The notes beneath the pieces are model-generated. The model worked only from the letters and a program-made list of their open reading frames with translations. It was not told the DNA's origin and made no database searches. A stretch of 61,428 nucleotides of DNA, the filler included, from Sphacelaria rigidula (lineage: Eukaryota): assembly GCA_964200075.2 (NCBI GenBank). It is 10 parts of 10 records of this genome, joined end to end, with 100 filler letters (N's around TTAATTAATTAA, not from the genome) between each part and the next. Parts side by side here need not be neighbours in the genome. Positions count along the whole stretch, not along the records: positions 18,460 to 24,512 come from CAXNAA020022551.1; positions 24,613 to 30,665 come from CAXNAA020022552.1; positions 30,766 to 36,818 come from CAXNAA020022553.1; 7 more parts are not named here. The stretch is one strand, 5' to 3'. Positions within the stretch are counted from its first letter, which is position 1; each line of letters opens with the position of its first letter. Position numbers and translations under genes: made by a program. Of the stretch, positions 23,663 to 36,020 are shown piece by piece.

Positions 23663-24345
23663 TGGCCTTGCGTACGTGTGCTCGTGTGCTCTATATATAT
23701 ATATTGTTCCACCGACAAAATTCGGCCGATTTCTGGCTTGTGTGTTGCTTAAATTCTACCGAAAAAATTAACCAATAGTCATTTTTATTAGCTGATTAAT
23801 TGACTGACGTGTTGTTGATTAGTTTATTTGAATAAACTAACGAGGATTAAATCAAGCCGACTTGGAAGAAAAGGACAAAAAATATCAAACCAACCCCTTG
23901 AAAAGTTGATATATTGCCCTACTCCGTATGTATTGTTGACGGGTGGGTGCAGGTGCAAGCTCATCCAGTTCATGTCCACGCGCGTTCGCATCTTCATGGT
24001 AGCTATCCAACCGCACGTACGTCTCTTTACGTGTGGACAAGTATGTATACATGAATACATTCGCATATATATTATTGTCGGGTTATGAAAATATTGGCGA
24101 AATATTGATGCGATTCGAGTATCGCTACAAAACACGTCATGCCATGCATGGTCTATGATGTTGTGATACAACTGCCTTTAACCATCAAACGACGTGCACG
24201 CGAATTTTCCATTTCCCAGACGAGCCCAGCAGAGATCGCTGCAACAGTAGGAGGTAGGGTAGAAATCTCTACGAGGCAGGAAAGCACCGATGTCTACCAG
24301 AGGTCACGCTTCATGATGTTGTGTAGGAACACGATGACTGCTACC

Positions 24346-24512
24346 CAGTGTTGTGAACCGAAGCTGAAAATGGCTCAATCGGTTTTTCGTTTTTTTTCGA
24401 AAAAGTCGGTCGGTTTCGGTCGGTTTTTTTAAAAAAACCGAAAAAAACCGAAACCGAAACCGAGCACTTCTCGGTCGGTTTTTCGGTCGGTTTTTCGACG
24501 AAACTAAAAAAC
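24346..24512 (+). mobile_element. Probable hAT-type transposon end (truncated by contig end)
   Basis: Begins CAGTGTTGTGAACCG, followed by dense palindromic CGGTTT/AAACCG subterminal motifs. The other end is not in the contig. Confidence 0.55.
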
Positions 24513-24654
24513 NNNNNNNNNNNNNNNNNNNNNNNNNNNNNNNNNNNNNNNNNNNNTTAATTAATTAANNNNNNNNNNNNNNNNNNNNNNNNNNNNNNNN
24601 NNNNNNNNNNNNCACTTCAGCCCCATATTTTGTTTGAACCCCAAAATATAAAAT

Positions 24655-26575
24655 CGGCTGTTATTAGCTCCTCTATGTCATGTCCATATCCGGGCTGTGT
24701 TATGGTAGCTTCACGACAAAGAAGGGTTAGTGTCTGTATTAAATGCCTATTCAATGTCCATGTCCGGGCCATGTTATGGTAGGTGAAGGAAATAGGAAAG
24801 TTAGCGTTTTTATTTTCGTGTCCATGTCGGCGGGCCGGGTTATGGTAGGTGAAATAAAAGGGTGGATAGCTCCTCTATTTCATGTCTATATCTGGGCTGT
24901 GTTATGGTAGGTCAAAGAGGAGGGAAGCTTAGCTTCTCTGTTTCAATGTCTATCTCCGGGCTGTGTTATGGTAAGCTGAAGGAAAAGGAGGGTTAGCTGC
25001 TTCATTTCATGCCTATGTCCAGGCTGTGTTATGGTAGGTCAAAAAGAAAGGAGGGTTAGCTTCTGTATTTTCATGTTCATGTCCGGTCTGTTTTATGGTA
25101 TGTTGAAGGAAACGGATGGGTTAGCTCCTTCATTTCATCTCCATGTCCGGGCTGTGTTATGGTGGGTTCAAGAAAAGAGGATGGTAAGCTTCTTCGTTTT
25201 ATGTCCATGTCCGAGCCGTGTTATGATAGGTTGAAGGAAAATGAGGATTAGCTTTCTACTTCAGGTCCATGTCCGAGCTGTGTTATGGTAGGTTCAGGGA
25301 AAAGGAGGGTTAGCTTCTGTATTTTCATGTCCATGTCCGGGCTGTGTTATGGTATGTTCAGGGAAAAGGAGGGTTAGCTTTTGTATTTTCATGTCTACGT
25401 CCGGGCTGCGCTATGATAGGTTGGACAAAAAAGGAGTGTTAGCTTCTTATTCTCATGTCCATGTCCAGGCTGTGTTATGGTAGGTTAAAGGACAAGAAAA
25501 GTGAGCTTATATATTTTCATTTGTATGTCTGAGCTGTGTTATGGTAGGTTAAAGGACAAGAAAAGTCAGCTTTTTTATCTTCGTGTCTATGTCCGGGCTG
25601 TGTTATGGTAGGTGAAATGAAAAGGAGGGTTAGCTTCTTCCTTTCATGTCCATGTCCGGCCTGTGTTATGGTCGTTTAAAGCAAGAGTATAATTAGCTTC
25701 TCTATTTCACGTCCATATCCTGGCTGTGTTATGGTAGGTCAATGAGAAAGAAGGGTTAGCGTCTGTATTAAATGTCTATTTAATGTTTATGTCCGGGCTA
25801 TGTTATGGTAGGTGAAGGAGAAAGGAAAGTTAGCTCTTTTATTTTCGTGTCTATGTCCGGGTCGGGTTATGGTAGGTGAAATTTTAGGATGGATAGCTTC
25901 TCCCTTTCATGTCTACGTCTGGGCTGTGTTATGGTGGGTAAGAGAGAAAGGAGGGTTAGCTTCTCTGTTTCCATGTCTATGTCCGGGCTGTGTTATGGTA
26001 GGTTGAAGAAAATGGAGCGTTAGCTTCTGTATTTCATGTCCATGTCCGGGCTGTGTTATGGTATGTTCAGGGAAAAAAAGGAGGGTTAGCTTTTGTATTT
26101 TCATGTCTACGTCCGGGCTGTGTTATGGTATGTTGAGGAAAAAGGAGTGTTAGCTTCTGTATTCTCATGTCCATGTCCGGGCTGTGTTCTGGTCGGTTCG
26201 AGAAAACGAGGGATAAGCTTCTCAATTCAATGTCTCTGTCCGGGCTGTGTTATGGTGGGTTCAAGAAAAAAGAATGGTAAGCTTCTTCGTTTTATGTCCA
26301 TGTCCGAGCTGTATTATGGTAAGCTGGAGGAAAATGAGGGTTAGCTTTTCTATTTCAGGTCCATGTCCGGGCTGTCTTTTGGTATGTTCAGGGAAAAGGA
26401 GGGTTAGCTTCTGTATTTTCATGTCCATGTCCGGGCTGTCTTATGGTATGTTCAGGGAAAAGGAGGATTAGCTTCTGTATTTTCATGTCCATGTCCGGGT
26501 TGTGTTATTATGGTAGGTCAACGAGAAAGAAGGGTAAGCGTCTGTATTGAATGTCGATTTAATGTCTATGTCCAC
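24655..26575. repeat. Minisatellite, ~59-60-bp unit, ~32 copies, with higher-order structure
   Basis: Consensus GGGCTGTGTTATGGTAGGTTCAGGGAAAAGGAGGGTTAGCTTCTGTATTTTCATGTCCATGTCC. A longer variant unit recurs at ~24725, ~25753 and ~26533. Confidence 0.95.
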
Positions 26576-26598
26576 GATGGAAATCATACATTACGAGG

Positions 26599-26686
26599 AA
26601 AAAACGCAACGTATCGGGAGTCGAACCCTCGTTCTCTCCACCCTAATGATGACAGTCGGAACATTACACCACCGGGTCGCAGCGGC
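26599..26686 (-). other. tRNA-like Pol III module (pseudo-tRNA or SINE head) abutting the minisatellite
   Basis: Minus strand: A-box-like TGGTGTAATG, B-box GGTTCGACTCC, then T6. No convincing cloverleaf. Confidence 0.5.
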
Positions 26687-27784
26687 AACACTCATCGTGC
26701 ATAATAATTGGAATAACTTCATCATGACGTGGAGATTTCACGATGCAACCTATTGGGTGGCTGTCGATAAGGCATGTTCGACATGTTGAAACAACGTGTA
26801 CTGCAGCTACGTCGTCCATACCAATATATGTAATTCGAAGTACAGTGGTTGACGGTCTAACTATTTTGTGCTTTTATTGTAATTTGTGATTTCCTTGGGC
26901 TCTTTTCACTTGCCAGCACTCATCATATTGGGGATCTGAAGATATATATATCCGCTTCACATTCCGAGAAAAAAATCACCTGCACTCATCGGGGGTCCTG
27001 TCACGATATTTATATCAGCTTCACATTCCGAGTGACTTACGGTGTGACCGGTCATCGGAGGTCCTGCCACGTTTCGGCCCAGATTCTTCCTCGTGGGTAT
27101 TTTCGGTCGATCGAGCCTGTCCCAATTATATTTGTGAAGAAATGTACAGTTTCAATTTTTTGGAAATGTTATCTTCTCATTGCACCAGAGCTGAAAAACT
27201 GTGCTTTACGCTCAACAACACCCTCCTGGTGAACGGGGTATCCACTCGTATCGCACGATAACACCAACTAACGCTGACTCGGGCACTGAGTCTCGAGGGT
27301 GATCTGTTTCTTGCACCAAAATCTGCCGACGCCAGTAATTTCGAGTTCTATCGAAGAGTAGAACGCGAGGAAAACCCCCAAACACCCCTGAATAGTTAGA
27401 CTGCCCACAACTGCAGAGTACAAAGTAGGAGATTCGTCATCAGGTGGCAAAAGCCTTTCATCTACTAGTGGAAACATAGGCTGGGACGTCACTTCCGATC
27501 GTCGAGGAGGCGGCTGATCGACGTGTCATGATTCGAGAAGCTACATGACAACAAAATGCGCACAGTGGGCGGTTTGTGTGCGCCAAGCCCTCTATCGAGG
27601 GGGGGGGATGGATGGGATAAAAGAGTTGTACTGCTACATGCCGAAAAAAAGCGGATGCCGATGTCCCACGCCTCAAGTACGGGAGAGGTGGAACAGGAGC
27701 GATGGTATAGACGAGGCTGGTTAACCGTCGCTGGGCTACGTTTTGGAACGGTCGATATTACGCTAGTAAACTCGTTGTGGATAC

Positions 27785-27998
27785 TACTTGATTTGAATGT
27801 GAACGACGAGAATCGGAATTTTGGTGGGGCTGATAGTCCCGTGTGCTCCTCGCGTGCACAGAACGCGTTTTCGCTGAAATTGGCGCCACAGGCGCCGATT
27901 TGGGGTCCATCAAGGCCGCACTTTGCGTAGGGAATGTATAGTCCGCCCCTGCACGAGGGTTTCCGGTATGCGTTGGGTTGGGGTTAGGATCAGGGGTA
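27785..27998 (+). repeat. Dispersed repeat ending in degenerate TTAGGG-like units
   Basis: CAGAACGCGTTTTCG..GAAAT.GGCGCCACAGGCGCCGATTTGGGGTC... also at 32120-32360 (+), 60335-60540 (-) and 61262-61350 (+). Confidence 0.75.
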
Positions 27999-29789
27999 GT
28001 GATACTTGTATAATTGTATCAACTATTCCGAAACGTAGCCCATCGACGGTGAACTAGCCTCTTATTGTGCCATAGACGTCAACGTGTCGTGCAACAATTC
28101 GAAAGGTGCATGTGACCGTCTTTCGAATGAATTGTTGATTCTCCTCAATCCGATTTGCTATCCTCAATCTCACGAAAATATTGTTGCAACCCCTGGACGA
28201 GTTCAAGGAGTAAAGGTTACAGGAGGTGGGCGGTTGGCCACGTACGAAACAACCTAAGCTTCTTGATACGGGGAATGATTCGAGAGACACGGCTGAACAT
28301 CGTCACAAAAAGTTGGAGCCTCGCGTGAGAGAAAAGTTCCTCAAGAGCGGGCCGCATCTGTATCACCATTTCAACACAGGTTCTGCCTTGTGGTGATTTG
28401 TAGTGCGAATTTGGTTTGCTCTGAGAAAAAAAAACCCAAAGCATTTATCACCACCTGTTCTACCCTTACACCCCCCCGCTGCGTGCTGACTCATAGTGTT
28501 ATTATTTCTCAGATGTGAGCCCGCACCAAAGTGCTTTCACCAACGTACTAACAAGACATGGTCCAGATGACAGCGTGTTTACGGGCCTTCACGGTTTACA
28601 TGGCACGGTCACATGGAGTGTCTGTGGGTACTTTTAAGTAGAAGTCCCATGAATCAGCAAAGACTCTCCAACGGGACTTTCGTCAACGAGAACTATCTCC
28701 GTTACAAGACGCGGTTTGCCAGAATACCACCGCCTCGTCATATGTGTGCATCAGAAAGACGGGGAGCGATACGTGACGCTCCAGGCTACCGGGAGACAAA
28801 ACGCACAACATATGCAGTCATGACACATTTTCACTCGCTCAGATCCGACAAATTCTGCGTCATATCTTGCAGATCGGCCAACCCTGTCAACCCTCTTGGG
28901 AACCGTTGATGAAAAAGTGACGATTCGCAATTGACGTGAACTTGGGCAAGATAAGCTCGTTTCTTCTGCAACTGTTGATGCAGTCCACCAAAACGGTGTG
29001 CCACCCCAAGTTCAAGTATACCAATGTGACAGAATCGTGCACCGAACTCGAAGTGATGTTTCCCAGGTGACAAACTCTCGCACATGGGAGTTCGTAAATC
29101 GTCGCCTTTTCGTCAACGGTTCCAAATGGGTTAAGAAAACATATCTCCAGCCTCTACCATCGCCGGTGGAAGTCGAACTTCGTCAACAAGTGCCAAAGGA
29201 ATGCGTACAGTTCGTCCCGACTGGGTGATGTGGAGTTCGTCGAATGTACGCTTCAGAAGCTTGCCCTCGAGTACGCGCTTGTTCTTGAAAGGTCCTCCCC
29301 TGCCAGCGGAATGAAACGGCGCACGATTTCGCGAAAGTTCACGTACATGTCAGACATCAGCAGATGAAAAAACACACAACCGATGCTAGTAGGCGATGTC
29401 CAACAGTGTACTATATCTTATAATCATCATTATCGAATGTACCATTCGCGTAAATATCTCACCGCTTGGTACTGGAATCAAGTAAGTCGTGTCGTTCTTG
29501 GGTCCACACTTTACCCAATGATTGAATGATTCTTCTCGGAACAGTAATTTACACTCCCTCAACCACAAACACGCCGGAGTATGGCCAGTGCGTAACTGCT
29601 CTTCCACGGAACAGTACCACATATGCCGATACCCGATTTGTTTAAAAAAAATGAACAAGAACTGGCGCATCTCACTTCTACCGCCCGTGACATATACTGC
29701 TCGCGGACAGAGCCCGACCATCACCCCCACAGGTACTGTCTTCACGCCTCATTTTGCATACACGAAAAGGCACTGACAATAGCGTACAC

Positions 29790-29985
29790 CGATCGGCAGA
29801 CGGGCAAGGGTACCACAGAAGGAAGGTAGAGTACCAACACAAAATGAAGGATAATAAAACTCCCGTGTTGGCCTTCGCCTTGCGTGACCCCGACTGATGC
29901 GTCCACATTCACATATATACCGAAATGAGGTGTATACTGCTGGCGTCCAGAATAGATGGGATGACAACACACAAACACGCACCGC
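29790..29985 (+). mobile_element. 3' part of the tRNA-derived (CA)n-tailed SINE
   Basis: Matches the reverse complement of 34940-35130 and 37310-37470. Ends ACAACACACAAACAC. Confidence 0.7.
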
Positions 29986-30765
29986 ACTGCTCACCGACTG
30001 AGTAATACCGTACGCACCGATGCTCATCGCGAAAGGATGGTTGAATACAAAAAACAAAATGAAAAACTCCGGGGTTGGCGCGCCCACCTACGCCCCTACT
30101 CCAAGGTAAACTGGCGTCCACTGTCAGTTCGAACAGGGGATGGTCGATGAAACTGAGCCATATTTCTGTTGGCAGGTTCAACTCCTACAAGCAGCTCTGC
30201 GGAAAATTCCATCTCAGCAGATAGATACCAGCTCAGATATACAACACACTGACTCCCCACCATCCCCGCTCTGTTACGGATCGCGGCGTGGCGTGGTGGA
30301 TAAGGGTAGTACGATGATGGGCCGTCGATTCAAAACGACTTACGCGCCCGGAGGGCTGATCGCGGGAACTGGCTAGTACCGCAGGCAGGGGTGAGGCGTT
30401 ATGTAAATCCGCCGAGAGACGGTATACATAAACATGCCTCTTTACATCTGGCTGGATCCGGTTCTTTCCGAGGACCGACCCAATCGGCTGCACCCTGGTG
30501 TCCACTCCTTTTCGGAAGTGCGAAGTCTCGACGCCACCAATGAGAGAAATAGAAAAGAAATCGGCCTTAACCCTTTTGGGACCGGGCCCCCACTAACACA
30601 GGGTTGACCCTGTGTTAGTGGAATAATAAAAAATAAGTCTTCGAGCGACCTACCCAATCACAGGGNNNNNNNNNNNNNNNNNNNNNNNNNNNNNNNNNNN
30701 NNNNNNNNNTTAATTAATTAANNNNNNNNNNNNNNNNNNNNNNNNNNNNNNNNNNNNNNNNNNNN

Positions 30766-30844
30766 GCTCCGTCCCGGCTTTGTGGGGATGCGAGGTCGAT
30801 GGTCTTACGACTATGGCAAGCATGATCATGAGTACACCCCCCCA
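30766..30844 (+). mobile_element. 3' end of the poly(C)-tailed SINE at contig start
   Basis: GCTCCGTCCCGGCTTTGTGGGGATGCGAGGTCGATGGTCTTACGACTATGGCAAGCATGATCATGAGTACACCCCCCC. Confidence 0.8.
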
Positions 30845-32119
30845 GCACATTCCTTGTAGTTCGGTATTGCGGACTGGATGAATATCTCCTTCACCGCGTC
30901 GACTTTCGTCTACAAAAGTCTTTCGGTCGGGCATGTTCTCACCTTCTCAACGACGAAAAATCAAGCTCTCTCTAGATATTACTGGAGGAAGAAGAAAAAT
31001 GATTGAAGAACACCTGCCGGGAATCGAGGGAATCGTACCCGCAGTCCTCCCACTCATGATGTAATAATTAATAACTGGTGGTGAGCCACGCCTGACGCGC
31101 GTGGCAGGAGGGCCGCAAATATCAACGCCACGGGTCTCGCATGCGTTAAGGTTAAAAAATGGCGAAGAACAAAAAATGACCCTGACGTCAACCGTTATTT
31201 TTTAGTATAAGCAGATCAGGACTTCCAACCCCACGGCTAACCGTCACCACTACGAAGGAGAAACAAGTAAGCCTGACCGCTAGGGGTGCTAACGGGGGGG
31301 TGTTGGCCTTCGAAGAATGTCCGAGCTGTTCGACAACATTTTTCCAACCATCGACCGCTTTTCTTCGTTTCCTCGAATACACTTAATTTTGGACTACATC
31401 CTTGAAGTGCAGCAATCGTGCATTAGCCTTTAGACTGCCAACCCTTCTGAAGTGGAGTCAGATGGACTATGCCACATTTGGGGATCTGAACAGCTCCTGT
31501 GTCTCTAAACGAAACGCTTTTTTATCAACATGTGGATGTTGGGCATCTGCATAGAAAATAATCCCAAAAAACCCTAACCGGTTTTGACCTGGAAGTCAAT
31601 TGCGTGCACAGTCAGTGTGTGTGTGCTGTATGTCTTCGCTGGATACAACGACAAGACTCAAAAAGCGTGCAATCGCTCTCCACTGAACACAGTCTGCTAC
31701 ATGCTGCTGATGTCTCTGCTTAGTGTTCCATAACGACACTACAGGCAAGCACGAAGCTGTGCTGGTAATACATGGTGGCGCGTCGGACAGGTAGAGCAGA
31801 CCACGAGCAGAATAAGAAACACGTTATTCGTGCCCATGTAATCTATGGTCGAATTGTCATGATCATAATGAGGAATACATCTAGGCGGCGAAGAAGTCGA
31901 CCTGTAGGGGAACAAAGTGACCATTTCGATGGCCGTGATTGGTTAGAATAGTCACTCGACTCCTCTGGGTACTCGTTCCTGGCTTTAGACTTGACGGAAC
32001 AAAAAACTGTGGGAAACTTCAAAACACACGTGGTTTACTTGGTGAGCTTTTCGGCTGTACGGCGAACAGGCCCCCACCCCAGTAGACCTCAAGATATTTG
32101 TTCGTCAACAGTGGTTAGT

Positions 32120-32360
32120 ACTTGATTTCACTTGACTTCAGGGTGAAAAATGTTTTTGGAAATTTATGCTTTGGGGCGGGTGAGCAGCAGACCCAGCTCG
32201 TCCAGAACGTGTTTTCGTCCAAAATCGGCGCCGCATGTGCCGATTTGAGAGGTCTCGCAAGGCATACTTTGCTTAGGAAACACTTAGTACCTCCCTTGCC
32301 CGAGGGTTCTCGGTACGCCTTGGTCGGGGGGTTAGGGTTAGCGTTAGCGTTGGGGTTGGC
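32120..32360 (+). repeat. Dispersed repeat ending in GGGTTAGGGTTAGCGTTAGCGTTGGGGTTGG
   Basis: Same family as 27785-27998. Confidence 0.75.
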
Positions 32361-32480
32361 GGCACCTCAATAGTATCAACCATTGTTTTCGAATATTTCT
32401 CTAGATCGCCTCCCCCACCCCCCCCTGTCAAAAACCACCCCTCTTTCCCTCACTTGCTAGTCTATACACAGTGCCCTCTG

Positions 32481-32945
32481 TTTCACGGCAATCCGTGCGG
32501 TGCTGAATGAGGGCCAGCCGTGTTTGCGCAACAAAATTTGCTCAAGATGGATGGAGTCGTGGACCTTTTTACATGGGGCGTATTTTTTGTTTCGGAGGTG
32601 GTAGGTTTACAATATATGCAGTATATACATGCAGTAGATAGCGTAACAGATCCGCAAAAAAGGATAGAGCTCAAGATTCCGCGGTGCGTGGTACACAGTG
32701 CGGTTGACACCTGACGCTAGCCCTTGTTTTTTCGTCTCACGGCAATCCGTGTGGTGTTGGATGAGGGCCAGCCGTCTGTGCGCAACAAAAATTGCTCAAG
32801 ATGGAGTCGTGGACCGTCTTATTTAGATGGGCGCATATTTTTGTGTCGGAGGTGGTGGGTATCACATAAAGTGCACAGTGCCTCAGATCCACAAGAGAGT
32901 ATGGAGCTCAACATTCCACCGCACTGGTGCACAATGCAGTTGGAT
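32481..32945. repeat. Diverged tandem duplication (~255-bp period)
   Basis: TCACGGCAATCCGTG.GGTG...GAGGGCCAGCCGT..GCGCAACAAAA.TTGCTCAAGATGGA at ~32483 and ~32737. Confidence 0.85.
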
Positions 32946-33464
32946 TGTTAAGTGAGGGCGGTGAGCGCACATCACACTGCCTTCTAGCAGCGCACGTACG
33001 TCGGACCCCCCGTTATTGGCCGATGGGTGTGCAGGGTAGGTGGCGGTGGTCTGAGGCGCTAAAACAAAGCTGAATTGCTGTGCATGGATGCAGTGAGTAA
33101 GTGAGTAGTATCGGTAGACCCCAGACTACTGGGTTTTCAGATTATGTGGGTGGACATGCAACTCGACTGTTCGTCACGGATATCATATTTCGGCCTGCTT
33201 CTGTGGGACGATAAAGAAGTGTGACAGTTTTCTCCTCTTCAGTCCGAGCGTCTAGTGTAAAATATCGTTCCGAAATGGTCATTTTTATTCGGATAGAGTA
33301 TGAAAAAACCGGACGGTAATATATTGATCTATGTATCAAGCGGAGAGGCATTCACGCTATTAATAAATTGATGATGATGATGATAATGACAAGCGGAGAT
33401 ACATTGACGCTATTAATGCAATTGATGATACAATTGATGATGATGGTATAACTGATATCATTAA

Positions 33465-33624
33465 CCATTTTGGGACCAGACACCCACAAACATAGCGTTT
33501 GCACGCAGGGGCCTCTTCGTGAATCGGGGCCATTTTCAGTCGTTCTCAAGTAAAAATGATGCCGATCCACAAAAAGCCCCCTGCGTGCACACACCACGTT
33601 TCTGGGAGTCCGGTCCCCGAAGGG
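33465..33624. mobile_element. piggyBac-like MITE, second family (160 bp)
   Basis: TTAA|CCATTTTGGGACCAGACACCCACAAAC ... GTTTCTGGGAGTCCGGTCCCCGAAGGG|TTAA. A related left end TTAACCCTTTTGGGACCGG lies at ~30567. Confidence 0.75.
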
Positions 33625-34079
33625 TTAAGTCGGAATCACAACGTGGGTTCGGTTTCGGTTCCTGCCAGATGTGTCGAGTTTGACATTTTTCCCAGGAAGT
33701 ACCTGATTATCCGTCTTCACCAACTTGACGATGTGAGTAACAAAAAACGGCTTGTTCTACCGAGTTTGTTAAACGACCGTCGACGCGGTGCGGGAGTAGT
33801 GCTGATCTAATTCGCGATATCAAAATGCAAGGCGGGTGCAGTACAGAGGAGGGAGATCAGTCCATTCCTTGAGACCACGGACTGGTCCCGAGGAAGGGGG
33901 GGGTTCAAGAGTGAGACAAGGAAAAAAAACAAGGAGAGACTACAGGCTTCCGCGGTGGCATGTACTGCTGATCTCAAAAGTCGTTGCGTGTTTTTTTTTT
34001 TTTTAATATCGAACGTACTTTCGTGCATTCCACGTGCGTGTGTGAAAAAATATGTGATTTTGCGTTGCGGATGGCACAG

Positions 34080-34266
34080 CCTTAAGGCTCAGGGCGCCCG
34101 CTTTCCGCCGGTGGAGAACGCGACACCAGTCTTTACACCTCCCGCGCAGTCCAGGTCCGTAGGCGGCGGAGGCGGCGGAGGCGGTGCTGCTGGCGGGGGT
34201 ACTGGTGGTGGGGAATCGGCGGTGGCTACACAGCAAACAATGGAGAAACTAGCGACTGACCTACAG
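34080..34266 (+). CDS. Internal exon, probably of a TOM1-like (VHS-GAT) protein
   Basis: CAG|C CTT AAG...CAG|GT. LKAQGARFPPVENATPVFTPP...QQTMEKLATDLQ resembles the end of the VHS domain, the linker and the start of GAT (LxxxGxxFP...PVFTPP). Judged from motif memory only. Confidence 0.55.
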
Positions 34267-34299
34267 GTGGGGGCCTCATTTATTGCTTGTGCTGCACTT

Positions 34300-34435
34300 G
34301 GTGGGGAGTTGGGGAGAGGGCGGGAGGGAGGGGGGAGGAGGGGGGGCGGGGGGGCGTACTCATTTGTTGCTTGCCTTTGTCGTTTGACCACTGACCACGC
34401 ATCCCTTGCGAGACGGAGCACCGTTGCTGCCTTTC
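34300..34435 (-). mobile_element. 3' terminus and C-rich tail of the poly(C)-family LINE (intronic)
   Basis: G-rich tract 34301-34355, then CGTACTCATTTGTTGCTTGCCTTTGTCGTTTGACCACTGACCACGCATCCC...GGAGCACCGTT. Confidence 0.8.
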
Positions 34436-34939
34436 CAAGGTTTGCTTGCGCCGATGTTTCGACACTGCTAGTGTTGAGGATCTAGTGTGAGACGGTTGGG
34501 AGAGACCTCGACAGGCCCTTGCGGGAGTTTTACACATTCTGGACAAAAGATTACACTCGTAAAAAAAAATGTGTACCGTGTACAGTATATTGAATGCATT
34601 GTCTTATGCAATAGACGCAAACAGTTGACACTCTACGCAGTACACTTTGTTACAAAGAAATGTTTTGTCCAGGGTTTGGAGTTTTAGAGTTTTCCCTTTC
34701 TTCATGTTTTGATGTTCACATTATCCCCTCCCAATCCTCCCCCTCGCATTTATGAGCCGCTTAGTACGCTCTTCGACAAAAGAAGGTGTATAGGGGTAAC
34801 CTTTTTCGCCGGTCAGAGATGAGAACTTCATTCCAACCGTTTCCCACATGTTTTCTCTTGCATATGATGGGGCGCCGAAGTATGTAGAGTATTTACATAA
34901 TGAGACTTGTCCGTGAGTTTGTAAAACTGTGATTGCCAG

Positions 34940-35331
34940 TGTGTTGTGTGTGTGTGTGTGTGTGTTCGTGCTGCCATCCCATCATCTATTCTGAAAGTCA
35001 GTCTACACCTTTCGGTACATGTGGGCGCAGCAGCCGGGGTCACGCAGGAGGAAGGCCAAGACGGGCGTTTTTCCTTTTTCTTTTGTTCTGTTTTAGTTCT
35101 CTACCTTCCTTTAGTGGTACTTGCCTTTTTTTTTATCACGAGAGGAGTTCTGCTTCCCCTTTCCTTCGTCGATCGTGAGGTCGTATTTTGTGTACCCTCG
35201 ACATAGTCGCTCTCCACTGTTGAGCGTGGCGTGAGAAGAGATCACAAATCGCGTGACTGCACCGAGATTCGAACCCACGACTCAACCGTGAGTAGGTTTC
35301 GAGGTTATCAACTCAGCCACCGGGCCGACCG
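34940..35331 (-). mobile_element. tRNA-derived SINE with (CA)n tail
   Basis: Minus-strand head GGTGGCTGAGTTG (A box) ... GGTTCGAATC (B box). Body shared with 37310-37666. Ends in (CA)n. Confidence 0.85.
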
Positions 35332-35433
35332 ACTTCCAGTCCTCCTCCACCAAATATACGACTTTTTGTTACCCAAATTTACTTTTTTTTTCTTCCCCCA
35401 AGTTTGTCGCGCTGATGAAAGCCGGGATTTATG

Positions 35434-36020
35434 GTAGTCAGCATCAGAAGTTTTCAGAATTCGTAGTTGTATTTCTTGAGTTTTTCTCGAGTACTTTTCT
35501 TCATTATTACTTGAAAGTGCTAGCGCCGGTAGATCTAGGGGAAAGCGTAGGCCGCGCTCAAACTGCAGTGCCCAAGTTGACGTTTTTGGGGCGATACGGA
35601 ATAGATACCTCGTTTATCAGGAGGGTGTTACTGACCGTTTTTGGTCCAATAGAAACAGTTTTGCGGTTCTTCCGCAACGAAACGATAAATATTCCGATAA
35701 ATGAAAACGTATACAGTTCTTAATAATTACGATCGAGATCGTGTTTCCCTCCTATACTGCACAGACCTCAGTCTAAGATTTTCTGCGGATGGCCTCTTTT
35801 CGTTTTTTTTCTTCCCATAACATTTTCCATGAGCACTCAAAAGTGCTAGCGTCGATAGTTTCGGCAAAATAAGCAGACCGCACTCGAACCAAAATATCCA
35901 AGTTGGTGTTGCGGGGGCGATACGGGGTAAAGACCCCGTTAATCAGGAGGGTGTTATTGACCGTGAATGGTTCAAGAAACACAATTTTCCGGCTTTAGCG
36001 CAGTGAACAGGTGGAATTAA
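35434..36020. repeat. Dispersed repeat with internal duplication, second copy at 42422-42827
   Basis: TAGTCAGCATCAGAA.TTTTCAGAATTCGTAGTTGTA...GAAAGTGCTAGCGCCGGTAGAT...CAGGAGGGTGTTA.TGACCG...GATCGAGATCGTGTTTCCCTCCTATA is shared between the copies. Confidence 0.85.

Noticed and set aside
24655..26575. Possible CRISPR array (conserved ~30 nt alternating with variable ~30 nt)
   Set aside because: The variable parts are homologous to each other (purine tract plus GTTAGCTT), there are no cas genes, and the context is eukaryotic. It is a minisatellite.
28050..29340. Possible degraded transposase (hAT/MULE-like phrases on the minus strand)
   Set aside because: The sequence looks coding-like but I cannot confirm a diagnostic motif, and there are many stops.
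35255..35331. Functional tRNA genes (here and at 37600-37666, 26599-26686, 52466-52548)
   Set aside because: A and B boxes are present but there is no coherent cloverleaf. Two of them continue into a shared SINE body.
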